A stretch of 64,000 nucleotides of DNA from Octopus sinensis (taxonomy: Eukaryota). The notes beneath the pieces are model-generated. The model searched no databases. It was not told the DNA's origin and was given only the letters and a program-made list of their open reading frames with translations. This document shows, one piece after another, positions 1-11,767 of the stretch. The translations under genes and the position numbers were made by a program. Numbering within the stretch: the first letter of the stretch is position 1; each line of letters begins with the position of its first letter. The stretch is taken from the NCBI RefSeq assembly GCF_006345805.1, contig NC_043018.1, positions 8,370,001 to 8,434,000 of the forward strand, read 5' to 3'.

Positions 1-17
1 TAGATAGACGAAAAAAA

Positions 18-65
18 TCAACCAGACCAGTTTCAACCTTGTATTGAGATTTCATCAGTAACTGA
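18..65 (-). ncRNA. Minimal type-I hammerhead ribozyme (Penelope/retrozyme-like)
   Basis: Minus strand reads TCAGTTA-CTGATGA-AATCT-caataca-AGGTT-GAAAC-TG-GTC-TGGTTGA. Complete CUGAUGA/GAAA core, 5-bp stem II, very short stem III with GUC cleavage triplet, 7-bp stem I (3 GU pairs). Confidence 0.7.
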
Positions 66-307
66 GGACTCCCTTTAAGGCGTGACAGCCCAAGATCGTG
101 GCCGTCAGGCACAGGTCGACAGGTCATGACTGTGGCCCAGATAGATGCATTTAATTTATGGGCCTTTGCTGGGGTCTAATGTCTCTCAAAGGCTCCGATA
201 AGCCCCCCCCCCCCGAAAGCAAGAGGACTAATAGTTCAACTTATGACTTTTCAAATGATGTAAAACTTGCCACCATTAAATACTAAGAAGATATGGTCGC
301 TATTTTT

Positions 308-739
308 GGACCTTTTCGGTTTGAACGGCAGTTTTTTCTAGCGGTGTCATATGAAATTGTAACCCATAATTAAGACCCTTGTATCAATCTATTGCATTTC
401 AATCTGTTTTGATGTTAGGGTTAGTTAGGATTAGAGTTAGAGGTGGGGTGAAGGGTATCTTTTTTTCTTCCCAAATGTAAATAAACCCAATCTCTTTCTT
501 AAACGAGGGACATATTCATACGGCACAGAATGCTTTTTACCTCAATAGACGTCATTGATTGGTTGAAATTGCAGAAATTGAAGAAAAAAGCAACAAATAT
601 CTTACAAACTATAGAATTTTCTCAATAAAGCCAAGAGAAAAAGATGTTTTATAAACACATTCTACCAGTATACGAAGTTTAACATTTTTTAGTTACCTAG
701 AAATTATGTTAAAAACTGCCGTTCAAACGGAAAAGATCC
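308..739. mobile_element. MITE family T (TIR GGATCTTTTCGGTTTGAACGGCAGTT, internal TTAGGG-like repeats)
   Basis: Terminal inverted repeats at both ends; same internal sequence recurs at 2252, 4414, 4664, 6417, 8168, 18353. Confidence 0.85.
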
Positions 740-1151
740 GTAAAAGTTGCCACCATTATATACTAAGAAGATATTTTAATGATTTTTTGTTTTTTTATGT
801 GTGCATGGTTGTCTCATCTTCATAAAATGTGCTCAGCAGCCCATGCTTTGTAAGTGCAAATCGCAGCGCTTTATGGATTAACTGTCACCATAGACATTAC
901 TTATGCAACCCTTACGGGCTTCTATGAACTATTTAGAACAATTTGCATACATCGTTATTTGTTGGTAGAGAGCTGGTTTAATATATTAAGATTATCGGTG
1001 CGTTAACGATGTTGTTTCAACTCAGTGATTGTAATACGGACGATACCGATAAAATATAGTAAATACTAGACGACCAGAAAAATGCTTTGTAAATGAAAAT
1101 TGGTCGGCGGTCGGTATTACATTAAACAAATATGTATATAGCATGTATGAA

Positions 1152-1495
1152 CACACACACACACACACACAGACAGACGCACACGCACACACCACACACA
1201 GACGCACACGCACACACACACACACAGACGCACACGCACACACACACATATAGACGTGTGTGAATAGACACACGCACACATGCATAAACATACGCAAACA
1301 CAAACCTATATACATAAATACCAACAAACACACATGCACACAGATACACAGTCATCCGTATGTGTGTATGTGTGTGTGCGTGTGTGTGTATGAGAGATAG
1401 AGATAGAGAGAGAGGAGTGAGTAAGAGAGAGAGAGTAAGAGAGAGAGAGAGAGAGAGTAAGAGAGAGAGAGAGGATATTTGTGTGTGTGTGTGCA
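1152..1495. repeat. Compound (CA)n/(TG)n/(GA)n microsatellite
   Basis: Directly visible; explains ORFs 1022-1598. Confidence 0.95.
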
Positions 1496-2251
1496 ATAGA
1501 AGCTCTTGTACTAGAAATAGTAAGCTTATTTGTCGCACTCTTACCAATCTAATTAACCATTTGATAGTTGTAAACGCGGTGTAGTACAGTGCAAACAATA
1601 ATTACTTAAACCAAAGAGGAAGTAGATTTGTAAGATGGTTCCATTTAGAAAAATTTGGATAAAATATCCCAGTCTTCATTTACGATATAATGTCACTAGT
1701 ATTTAAACACCCAGAAGAATTTACAAGATATGTCAAGTAGATTACAGAACGGAACAGAACTTAGATGTATATCTAAAAAAAAAATAGTGCAGAACTTAGT
1801 AATTCAGTGTGTATCGTCTGTTAAGGACTTTCTGGAATCACTGAGAATAAAATAGCAAAGAAATGACTGTTGGAAAGAGAGCAATTGAAGTAGAAAATAA
1901 ACTGTTCAAATTGATAAGATAAAATAGTTGAAAAAAGATGAAATGTAGAATTAAGAGGTTTGTTGAAGGAAAACGGAAAAGGTACTGGTTATGGTGGATA
2001 CATGAAGAAGTCAAACTCAGCATAAATTATGGCTAAAAGTTAAAACAGAGAAGATCTGATATGAATCTTTTACTATTTTGGGGACTTCAATGAACGTCTG
2101 TTTATGAGGGGGAATTTTAAAAATGTGACACAATTATTCAATGACTAATGCTCCATTATGTGAAGCCTCCCTCCCTCCTGACTCGCAATCATTAGGTAGT
2201 GAGTTCGATTCCCGGGCTGAGCCGTATTTCGTATTCTTGAGCAAAACACTT

Positions 2252-2645
2252 GGATCTTTTCCTTTTGAACGGCACATGTCAACACAATTTCTAGTTAATT
2301 AAACACTTTTAAACTTCGTATACTGGTAGAATGTGTTTATAAAACATCATTTTCTCTTGGCTTTATTGAGAAAATTCTATAGTTTGTAAGATATTTCGTC
2401 TGAAATTTCGAGCATTTCGGCAATTTTAACCAATCGCTGACCTCCATTTGAGGTGAAAACATTCCGTGCTGTATGAATGTCCCTCGTTTAAGAAACAGAT
2501 TGGGTTTATTTACATTTGCGAAGAAAAAAAGATACCCTTCCCCCACCCCTAACCCTAAATCTAAAGTAGATTGAAATGCAATAGATCGATACTAGGGTTA
2601 TAATTATGGGTGACATTTTCATTTGACACCGCTAGAAAAAAATCC
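2252..2645. mobile_element. MITE family T copy, right TIR truncated
   Basis: Left TIR and body match the other copies. Confidence 0.8.
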
Positions 2646-3169
2646 CATTTTCCGGACCTGTGCCTCGGAGGGTAACTTTCTAAGCGCAATCCCATGGTCA
2701 TTCGTGACTGAAGTGGGGCTTTACCTTTTTTTAAGTGCTCCATTATGTGGAGCGCGTGGCTTTGTTATTAGGTGTGTTAAACTCCTGATTGTAATTTTGC
2801 AATTTCGATTCCCGGACTGGGAAATGTGTTGCGTTCTTCAGCAAAACACTTCATTTCGTGTTGCTCCACTCAGCTGGCAAAAATGAGAAATCCTGCAACG
2901 GACTGGCATCCTGTCCAGGAGGGGAATATATACAACACAGAAACCGCGAAACGGAGTTTAACTCGAGAAGGAGTTTTATCCTTTTAATGCTAAACTAGAA
3001 GGATTATAAAATACTGAATAAGACACTTTATTGATTAATGTATTAATCCATTGTATTAATCCATTTGTTAACTAAGAGGACATACAGAGATGCAGCATAA
3101 ACAAATACATTTAGTGGGATAGGCCGGTTTATAGGGTCACCAAAGCCAGGAAGTTTTCAGCACCCCTCA

Positions 3170-3170
<1 letters not shown>

Positions 3171-3240
<70 letters not shown>

Positions 3241-3250
3241 ATAGATATAT
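3171..3250. repeat. (TCTA)n microsatellite
   Basis: Directly visible. Confidence 0.95.
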
Positions 3251-3582
3251 AGTACCGTCCTTCATCTGCTCTTCCTTGTTGCTTAGCCCCAGGTCACTCC
3301 TGATTGAGTAGACCTGTGATCACTGATGTTTCAGCTCTGACCATCCTCTCTTTTATTCGGTCATAGTGTATCTAGGAAGACATCATTTAATGTGTTTTTG
3401 TTTAGCCCAAAGTCAGTCCTGATCCAACAGATCTATGGTCAAAGATGTTCCAGCTGTGACCGTCCTGTCTTTTATTCAGACATAGTGTATCTTGGACTAC
3501 ATTGTCTAGTGTGTCCTTTGGTGGTGGCGTTTAGCCCCAGGTCAGTCCTGATTCATTAGACATAGTATATCTTTTACATAGT

Positions 3583-3787
3583 ACCGCCTGACTGGTCCCT
3601 GTGCCGGTGGCACGTAAAAAGCACCCACTACACTCTCGGAGTGGTTGGCGTTAGGAAGGGCATCCAGCTTTAGTAACACTGCCAGATCAAGATTGGAGCC
3701 TGGTGCAGCCATCTGGTTCGCCATTCCTCAGTCAAAATCGTCCAACCCATGCTAGCTTGGAAAGCGGACGTTAAACGATGATGATGA

Positions 3788-3790
<3 letters not shown>
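3583..3790 (+). mobile_element. SINE family C (3' part, ends ...ggacgttaaac(gat)n)
   Basis: Shared block ggttggcgttaggaagggcatccagct...aacccatgctagcatggaaagcggacgttaaacgatgatg, present many times in both orientations in the window. Confidence 0.85.
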
Positions 3791-3850
<60 letters not shown>

Positions 3851-3854
<4 letters not shown>

Positions 3855-4066
3855 GGGTGCTGAAAAGTTCCTGGCTTTGAGGGTATCATGAAAAGCCTGG
3901 TTGGCGGCACAACTTTTCGACTTCTTTCACAGGGCTTAGAAAAATAAAAGACTAGCTGCAATAAGTGTGTGAATCTGAGAGGGGAATATGTTGAATGAAA
4001 TCATAATTGACTGATTCTCCTATATTTTATCTTACCCAAAGTCAGGAACTGTTCACCACCCCCTCG
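3851..4066. mobile_element. Tc1/mariner-like MITE
   Basis: TIR (C/T)GAGGGG..GAAAAGTTCCTGGCTTT with TA at both flanks; related inverted copy at 14787-14995. Confidence 0.8.
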
Positions 4067-4099
4067 TAAAAAAACAATACACAATGCCGTCCAGAAAAA

Positions 4100-4380
4100 G
4101 ACGTCTTGGGATAAATATAGAGAACTTCTTTGTAATTGAAACCATGCATAAACATCAACACAGGGATTATTAGTGGAACATTCTCATCAAAACTTTTACC
4201 AAGTTCAAAAATAACAGGCCGGATATATAGTTGTTTGGGACAGACAAGAAAAAGTATGTACCGTTGTAGAGATCAGCTGCTCTGCTGATGAGAATGTCTC
4301 TTCCAAAATCAAAAAGAAAGAGGGTAACTACAGACAACTGCTTTGAAGGCTTCATCTTCTTTCTCTATTGATTATAAATT
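4100..4380 (+). mobile_element. Degenerate R4/Dong-like non-LTR retrotransposon, restriction-like endonuclease fragment
   Basis: Hand translation across a stop and frameshift gives WNILIKT..KNNRPDI/VVWDRQEKVCTVVEISCSADENVSSKIKKKEGNYRQL, resembling the RPD..E..K RLE motif. Confidence 0.6.
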
Positions 4381-4663
4381 CACATGAGACCGAAAGACTG
4401 AGCGAAAAGTCTGGGATCTTTTCAGTTTGAACGGCAGTTTTTTAAAATAATTTCCACGTAACTAAACACTTTTAAACTTCGTATACTGGTAGAATGTGTT
4501 TATAAAACATATTTTTCTCTTGGCTTTATTGAGAAAATGTTTGGTGATGGGAAGTATGAGAGAGAGAGACGGGTAACAATATTTAGCTGTAGGAGAGATA
4601 CATGGTGACGGATGGTGGTAAAGAAGTATCGGGACGTACCTTTAAGTTACAGGAAGGCAAATG

Positions 4664-5082
4664 GGATCTTTACAGTTTGAACGGCAGTTTTTAAAAATAA
4701 TTTCTAGGTAACGAAACACTTTTAAACTTCGTATCCTGGTAGAATTTGTTTATAAAACATATTTTTCTCTTGGCTTTATTGAGAAAATTCTATAGTTTGT
4801 AAGATATTTGTTTGTTTGTTTTTTTCAATTTCTGCAATTTCAACCAATCAATGATGTCTATTGAGGTGAAAACATTCTGTGCCGTATGAATATGTCCCTC
4901 ATTTAAGAAACATATTGGGTTTATTTACATTTCTGAAGAAAAAAAAGATACCCTTCCCCCCACCCCTAACCCTAACCCTAAAACAGATTGAAATGCGATA
5001 GATCGATACTAGGGTCATAATTATGGGTGACAATTTCATATGACACTGCTAGAAAAAACTGCCGTTCAAACCTAAAAGATCC
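4664..5082. mobile_element. MITE family T copy
   Basis: Both TIRs present; AAATG on both sides (4659-4663, 5083-5087). Confidence 0.85.
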
Positions 5083-5087
5083 AAATG

Positions 5088-5217
5088 CTGTCCTGCAGAA
5101 ATATGTGTTAGAGGATTTGTTGGAATCAGAATTCACTCGATGCTCAGGAGTCTTGGACTAACTACGAAGGAAAGAAAAGATGTTGCCAGAAAATTATCGG
5201 AAGCCGCTGAGAAAGCA
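5088..5217 (+). mobile_element. HERO-like RLE non-LTR retrotransposon C-terminal fragment (duplicated at about 6839-6968)
   Basis: Translation CPAEICVRGFVGIRIHSMLRSLGLTTKERKDVARKLSEAAEKA resembles the PVEVGCRGF..LG..LSEAAEKAS terminus of HERO-clade ORFs (from memory of the family). Confidence 0.55.
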
Positions 5218-5805
5218 ATCCAAGAGGATGAGCAGGTTAGTGCAGCAAGAATGGGCATTGGGAATGGTGGAAACATATGGCCAGTTGTCACAACATATGA
5301 CTCTACAAAATACATGCTGTTGTGTGGGAATTTTGTCGCCTACATTGGTTGGTCGCATCTGGGCAGTTGTAGTGTTGCGGTGAAAAGGTCTAAATCACCT
5401 ACGGTGGGGAATATATGTCACAGAAATTAGGTAAGGCGCAGGAGTGGTTCCGGGTTCAGTCCCACTGCGTGGCACCTTCAGCAAGTGTCTTCTACTACAG
5501 CCCTGGGCCGACTAAAGCCTTGTCAATGAATTTGGTAGACAGAAACTGAAAGAAGCCGACCATCTATTGTTTTCACACAGGTCGACCAGCTGACAGTATT
5601 TTCTGACTTTCCTAAGGAAGGCATCTTCCGTGTTGGTTTCCTACCCCCACCATCTTTACCACCTTTCTTTCATTGTCCCACAAATTTAAGTACAGATGTT
5701 TTTGGTGGGAAACAGTAGGAAGCGATATTCTTCTTCCTTACAGTGGCTTGCAACGCTCACCTTCCATGCAAAACCTTATTTTTCCATAAAAAATAATGAA
5801 CAATA

Positions 5806-6205
5806 GGCGTAAGTGTGGTTGTGTGGTAAGTAGCTTGCTTACCAACCACATGGTTCCGGGTTCAGTCCCACTGTGTGGCACCTTGGGCAAGTGTCTTCTG
5901 CTATAGCCTCGGGCTGATCAAAGCCTTGTGAGTGGATTTGGTAGATGGAAACTGAAAGAAGCCTGTCGTATATATGTATGTGTGTTTGTGTTTCTCTGTC
6001 TGTGTTTGTTCCCCCAACATCGCTTGACAACCGATGCTGGTGTGTTTACGTCTCCGTAACTTAGCGGTTCGGCAAAAGTGACCGATAGAATAAGTACTAG
6101 GCTTACAAAGAATAAATCCTGGGGTCGATTTGTGTGACTAAAGGCGGTGCTCCAGCATGGCCACAGTCAAATGACTGAAACAAGTAAAAGAGTAAAAGAG
6201 AGTAA
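5806..6205 (+). mobile_element. SINE family A (tRNA-like head, internal microsatellite, tail gaaacaagtaaaagag)
   Basis: A/B-box-like head (tggt..ggtaag / ggttcagtccc). Other copies at about 7557, 10658, 16840(-), 38780(-), 43725, 46352, 48545(-), 54303, 63350(-). Confidence 0.85.
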
Positions 6206-6416
6206 TAAAAATGTGTTTTGAATGTCACAACAGCGCATTATAGTAACAACAATGGACTATTTGTTGATGTTGTCATTATAGTACACTGTTGTGCCATTCA
6301 AAACACATTATTATTATTATTTATTATTTTTTACAAACAATACACAATGCTTCAAGCGAACTACAATGCTCTCTTATTTTTCCCTGCTCTCCTACTTGTG
6401 GCCTTTCGCTGTTGTT

Positions 6417-6833
6417 GGATTTTTTCGGTTTGAACGGCAGTTTTTAAAATAATCTCCACGTAACTAAACACTTTTAAACTTCGTATACTGGTAGAATGTG
6501 TTTATAAAACATCTTTTTCTCTTAGCTTTATTGAGAAAATTCTATAGTTTGTAAGATATTTGTTGTATTTTTTTCTTCACTTTCTGCAATTTCAACCAAT
6601 CAATGATGTCTATTGAGGTGAAAACATTCTGTGCCGTATGAAAATGTCTCTTGTTTAAGAAACAGATTGGGTTTATTTACATTTGTGAAGAAAAAAAGAT
6701 ACCCTTCCCCCCACCCCTAACCCTAACCCTAAAACAGATTGAAATGCGATAGATCGATACTAGGGTCATAATTATGGGTGATAATTTCACATGACACTGC
6801 TAGAAAAAACTGCCGTTCAAACCTAAAAGATCC
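6417..6833. mobile_element. MITE family T, chimeric copy at the duplication junction
   Basis: Left flank CTGTTGTT as in the 8168 copy; right flank AAATG as in the 4664 copy. Confidence 0.85.
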
Positions 6834-8167
6834 AAATGCTGTCCTGCAGAAATATGTGTTAGAGGATTTGTTGGAATCAGAATTCACTCGATGCTCAGGA
6901 GTCTTGGACTAACTACGAAGGAAAGAAAAGATGTTGCCAGAAAATTATCGGAAGCCGCTGAGAAAGCAATCCAAGAGGATGAGTAGGTTAGTGCAGCAAG
7001 AATGGGCATTGGGAATGGTGGAAACATATGGCCAGTTGTCACAACATATGACTCTACAAAATACATGCTGTTGTGTGGGAATTTTGTCGCCTACATTGGT
7101 TGGTCGCATCTGGGCAGTTGTAGTGTTGCGGTGAAAAGGTCTAAATCACCTACGGTGGGGAATATATGTCACAGAAATTAGGTAAGGCGCAGGAGTGGTT
7201 CCGGGTTCAGTCCCACTGCGTGGCACCTTCAGCAAGTGTCTTCTACTACAGCCCTGGGCCGACTAAAGCCTTGTCAATGAATTTGGTAGACAGAAACTGA
7301 AAGAAGCCGACCATCTATTGTTTTCACACAGGTCGACCAGCTGACAGTATTTTCTGACTTTCCTAAGGAAGGCATCTTCCGTGTTGGTTTCCTACCCCCA
7401 CCATCTTTACCACCTTTCTTTCATTGTCCCACAAATTTAAGTACAGATGTTTTTGGTGGGAAACAGTAGGAAGCGATATTCTTCTTCCTTACAGTGGCTT
7501 GCAACGCTCACCTTCCATGCAAAACCTTATTTTTCCATAAAAAATAATGAACAATAGGCGTAAGTGTGGTTGTGTGGTAAGTAGCTTGCTTACCAACCAC
7601 ATGGTTCCGGGTTCAGTCCCACTGTGTGGCACCTTGGGCAAGTGTCTTCTGCTATAGCCTCGGGCTGATCAAAGCCTTGTGAGTGGATTTGGTAGATGGA
7701 AACTGAAAGAAGCCTGTCGTATATATGTATGTGTGTTTGTGTTTCTCTGTCTGTGTTTGTTCCCCCAACATCGCTTGACAACCGATGCTGGTGTGTTTAC
7801 GCCTCCGTAACTTAGCGGTTCGGCAAAAGTGACCGATAGAATAAGTACTAGGCTTACAAAGAATAAATCCTGGGGTCGATTTGTGTGACTAAAGGCGGTG
7901 CTCCAGCATGGCCACAGTCAAATGACTGACACAAGTAAAAGAGTAAAAGAGAGTAATAAAAATGTGTTTTGAATGTCACAACAGCGCATTATAATAACAA
8001 CAATGGACTATTTGTTGATGTTGTCATTATAGTACACTGTTGTGCCATTCAAAACACATTATTATTATTATGTATTATTTTTTACAAACAATACACAATG
8101 CTTCAAGCGAACTACAATGCTCTCTTATTTTTCCCTGCTCTCCTACTTGTGGCCTTTCGCTGTTGTT

Positions 8168-8578
8168 GGATTTTTTCGGTTTGAACGGCAGTTTTTAAAA
8201 TAATCTCCACGTAACTAAACACTTTTAAACTTCGTATACTGGTAGAATGTGTTTATAAAACATCTTTTTCTCTTAGCTTTATTGAGAAAATTCTATAGTT
8301 TGTAAGATATTTGTTGTATTTTTTTCTTCACTTTCTGCAATTTCAACCAATCAATGATGTCTATTGAGGTGAAAACATTCTGTGCCGTATGAAAATGTCT
8401 CTTGTTTAAGAAACAGATTGGGTTTATTTACATTTGTGAAGAAAAAAAAATACCCTTCCACCCACCCCTAACCTTAAAACAGATTGAAATGCAATAGATC
8501 GATACTAGGGTCATAATTATGGGTGACAATTTCATATGACACCGCTAGAAAAAACTACCATTCAAACCGAAAAGGTCC
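8168..8578. mobile_element. MITE family T copy with 8-bp TSD
   Basis: CTGTTGTT at 8160-8167 and 8579-8586. Confidence 0.85.
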
Positions 8579-8586
8579 CTGTTGTT

Positions 8587-8931
8587 CATTCGCTTTACCC
8601 TCTCCGCTACTACATCAGCCAGTACTCTTAAGTATTCATTTATGCTGTTATGTATCTCTGTATTTCAGACCGACGGGACGATCGGAGCTGCCTCACCGTT
8701 CCCGCCTTTCCACATTCGCCCAAACTATTCACCTTTTGCTTCCAAACACTCAGCAGCTAAAGGGAGGCAATTCCTTCAGAAATTACCGGCAACTGTTAAG
8801 GGGAGGTAATTCATCAACTTCCGGACTCTCGAAATAAAAATGGAAACCAACTTTCATTTTCCGGCAACTTTGCTGGACGCATCTTTATTTACGTTCGTTG
8901 TATTAAGGTAAAACCATTGAAAATTGTCAAC
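8587..8931 (+). promoter_or_regulatory. Probable BRF2 promoter / 5' UTR
   Basis: Repeat-free, locally CpG-rich stretch directly upstream of the ATG. TTCCGG (ETS-like) motifs near 8819 and 8859; short direct repeat aagggaggYaattc. Confidence 0.45.
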
Positions 8932-9096
8932 ATGTCTGACGTAATGGATTTGGAGTGCCCTTCATGTGGCGAGAGAGCCATCATGAAGGACTATCACGGA
9001 ACAGATGAGCATTATGTTTGTGTTGAATGTGGGTTTCTCCTCGAAAGTTCTGGTTTGGTTTCATCAAAATATGATGTTGGAGGTGAAATTAAACAG
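8932..9096 (+). CDS. BRF2: BRF2 (TFIIIB 50 kDa subunit) coding exon 1, zinc ribbon
   Basis: ATG at 8932; MSDVMDLECPSCGE...YVCVECGFLLE is a TFIIB-type CxxC..CxxC ribbon. Donor CAG|GTAACA after 9096, phase 0. Confidence 0.85.
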
Positions 9097-9281
9097 GTAA
9101 CAATTGTTAATTTATCCTTCCCCATCTATATGTTGTCTAGTCTTCATTTTATTTACTTATTTTTGTATACGCAAGTCTCAAATATTCGGGTTATTTCTGG
9201 AAAATGTTTAAGTTGGTGACACAAAAACTTCGTTTTATGTATCATATTAAAACATCTTTTAAGTCAATATCTACACGAAAG

Positions 9282-9655
9282 ATGGCGAGCTGGCAGAAAT
9301 GTTAGCACGCCGGGCGAAATGCTCAGCGGTATTTCGTCTGCCGTTACGTTCTGAGTTCAAATTCCACCGAGGTCGACTTTGCCTTTCATCCTTTCGGGGT
9401 CGATTAAATAAGTACCAGTTACGCATTGGGGTCGATCTAATCGACTTAATCCGTTTGTCTGTCCTTGTTTGTCCTCTCTGTGTTTAGCCCCTTGTGGGTA
9501 GTAAACAAATAGGTATTTCGTCCACCTTCACATTCTGGGTTCAAATTCCTTCGAGGTCGACTTTGCCTTTCATCCTTTCAGGGTCGATAAAATAAGTACC
9601 TGTTGAATGCTGGGTGTGGAAAATTGCTGGCCTTGTGCCAGAATTTGAGACCAAT
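9282..9655 (+). mobile_element. SINE family B (tRNA-like head, Deu/Nin-like domain), internally duplicated form
   Basis: ggcgagctggcaga...gagttcaaattcc...gcctttcatcctttcggggtcgat..aataagtacc resembles the Deu/Nin SINE domain. Copies at about 34555(-), 36193(-), 47365(-), 52920, 55920. Confidence 0.8.
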
Positions 9656-10615
9656 ATCTACACAATCAATCAATCTATATATCTATCTGCCTGCCTTTTC
9701 CCCTGTCTTTCTTCTCGATATATATCTGTCTGTTTGTCTATCTATCTATCTTCCTTCTCTCCTTAATTTCGTTTTTTTTTTCACAAGGTATTGTTAGATC
9801 AAGAATGTCAGTTTTGTTGTAGTAGCTTACCTGTTTCATCAATATAATATGCATATCCTCCTCCTCATCATCCTCATCGTCAATTTCGCATCCACTTTTC
9901 AATGCTCACATGGGTTAAATGAGTCCGTTTGATCCTAATATCTCCCCACTTGCTGCATCTTTTGTCATCTTTGTGGTAAGATCCAGCATCCTAAGCCTAC
10001 ACCTTACCAGTATTACGCAGGTTTACTTTGGTTTCCCTCTTATGCATAAATGTACCCATACATATGCATGTTGTTTGTTCCTTCTCGAGCCATGCCAGGC
10101 TCATAAGGGTCGGTTTCTTGGCATATAGGTTCCCTACCAGGACGGGACGCTGGTCCATCGCAGGTGAGCTGCAAGATGCAGGAGGAAAGAGAAAGAGAGA
10201 AAGTTGTGGCGAAAGAGTCGGCAGAAGTTTTGCCATTATTTTCTGCTGGAGCCGCATGGAGCTTAGGTGCTTCGCTCATAAACACACACATCACCCGGTC
10301 TGAGATTTGAACCTGCGATCCCTCGACCGTGAGTCCGCTGCTCTAACCACTAGGCCATGTGCCTCCACATACATATGCATGCATACAACTCATATGCTTA
10401 AATACATACACATGATGCACACATACACATTCACTGGACTTCTGCACAATTTCTATTTACCAACTTCCACTTCAAAGGTATTCATCAAGCCAAAGTCCAA
10501 AGTGCCATTTAGTCTGATTGATCCAAGAATCAGCTCTTCTTGTGACCAGTTTTTGGCCTTTTGAAATATGTATTTTCTGCCATTTAAATTGGTTAAGCAA
10601 TTGTATTTGCACTCA

Positions 10616-10659
<44 letters not shown>

Positions 10660-10828
10660 CGCAGGAGTAGCTGTGTGGTAAGTAGCTTGCTTACGAACTA
10701 CATGGTTCCGAGTTCAGTCCCACTGTGTGGCACCCTGGGCAAGTGTCTTCTGCTATAGCCTCGGGCCAACCAAAGCCTTATGAGTGGATTTGGTAGACGG
10801 AAACTGAAAGAAGCCCGTCGTGTGTATG

Positions 10829-10859
<31 letters not shown>

Positions 10860-11767
10860 GTTTGTGTGTCTGTGTTTGTTCCTCCAACATCGCTTGACAA
10901 CCGATGCTGGTGTGTTTATGTCCCCGTAACTTAGCGGTTCGGCAAGAGACCAATAGAACAGGTACTAGGCTTACAAAGGATAAGTCCTGGAGTCAATTTG
11001 CTTGACTAAAGGCGGTGCTCCAGCATGGCTGCAGTCAAATGACTGAAACAAGTAAAAGAGTACAAGAGAGTAAGGCCATGGGCTGGCAGAATCGTTATCA
11101 CGCCAGGTGAAATGCTTATCGGTATTCCGTCCATTATTACATTCTGAGTTCAAATTCCACTATGGTTGATTTTTGCATTTCATCCTTTCAGAGTCGATGA
11201 AATAAGTACCAGTTATACACTGGGGCCGATTATCCCCTTCCCAAAATTTCTGGCTTTGTGCTTGTGGTAGACAGGATTATTATTATTATCGTCAAGCCAA
11301 GTGAGATTGTAGTCAAAGTCTGATACCAGTCTTATGTAATTGACACCTGTGCTGGTGGCATGTAAAAAGCACCCACCACATTCTTCAAGTGGTTGGCATT
11401 AGGAAAAGCATCCAGACATAGAAACCATGCCAAATCAGACTGGAACTTGGTGCAGCTTACCAGTTTTCAGTGCAACCATCCAACCCATGCCAGCATGGAA
11501 AACAGACATTAGATGAATGATTAATATTATTATTATTGTTATTACTATTGGGAATTTTCCGTTGTTATACTACTTTTTACTCATTTTTTTTTTCACAAAC
11601 GGACAAAACCTTTTGTAACCTTTCGTCCTGTTTTGTCCCTTTATGTTTTCCAATCATATTTGTCAGCCCTTGTGGCCAATAAAAAGAATTAATTATTATT
11701 ATTATTATTATGTTTTCTAAAGTATTGGATTTTGACTTTTGAAGTATTTTCTCTTATTTTTTTCTAG

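Larger units (their letters stand above)
5083..8167. repeat. Near-identical tandem duplication, period 1751 bp (5083-6416 vs 6834-8167, MITE between)
   Basis: Identical ORFs offset by 1751 (5180/6931, 5839/7590, 6218/7969); only a few substitutions, e.g. C5233/T6984. Confidence 0.95.

Noticed and set aside
414-450. True telomere or chromosome-fusion site
   Set aside because: The short degenerate TTAGGG tract is an internal part of a multi-copy MITE.
1640-2160. LINE endonuclease relic (ILGDFN near 2075-2093)
   Set aside because: Single short motif in heavily stop-interrupted sequence; too weak to call.
5806-5885. tRNA gene
   Set aside because: The tRNA-like A/B boxes are SINE heads continuing into the SINE body; no complete cloverleaf.
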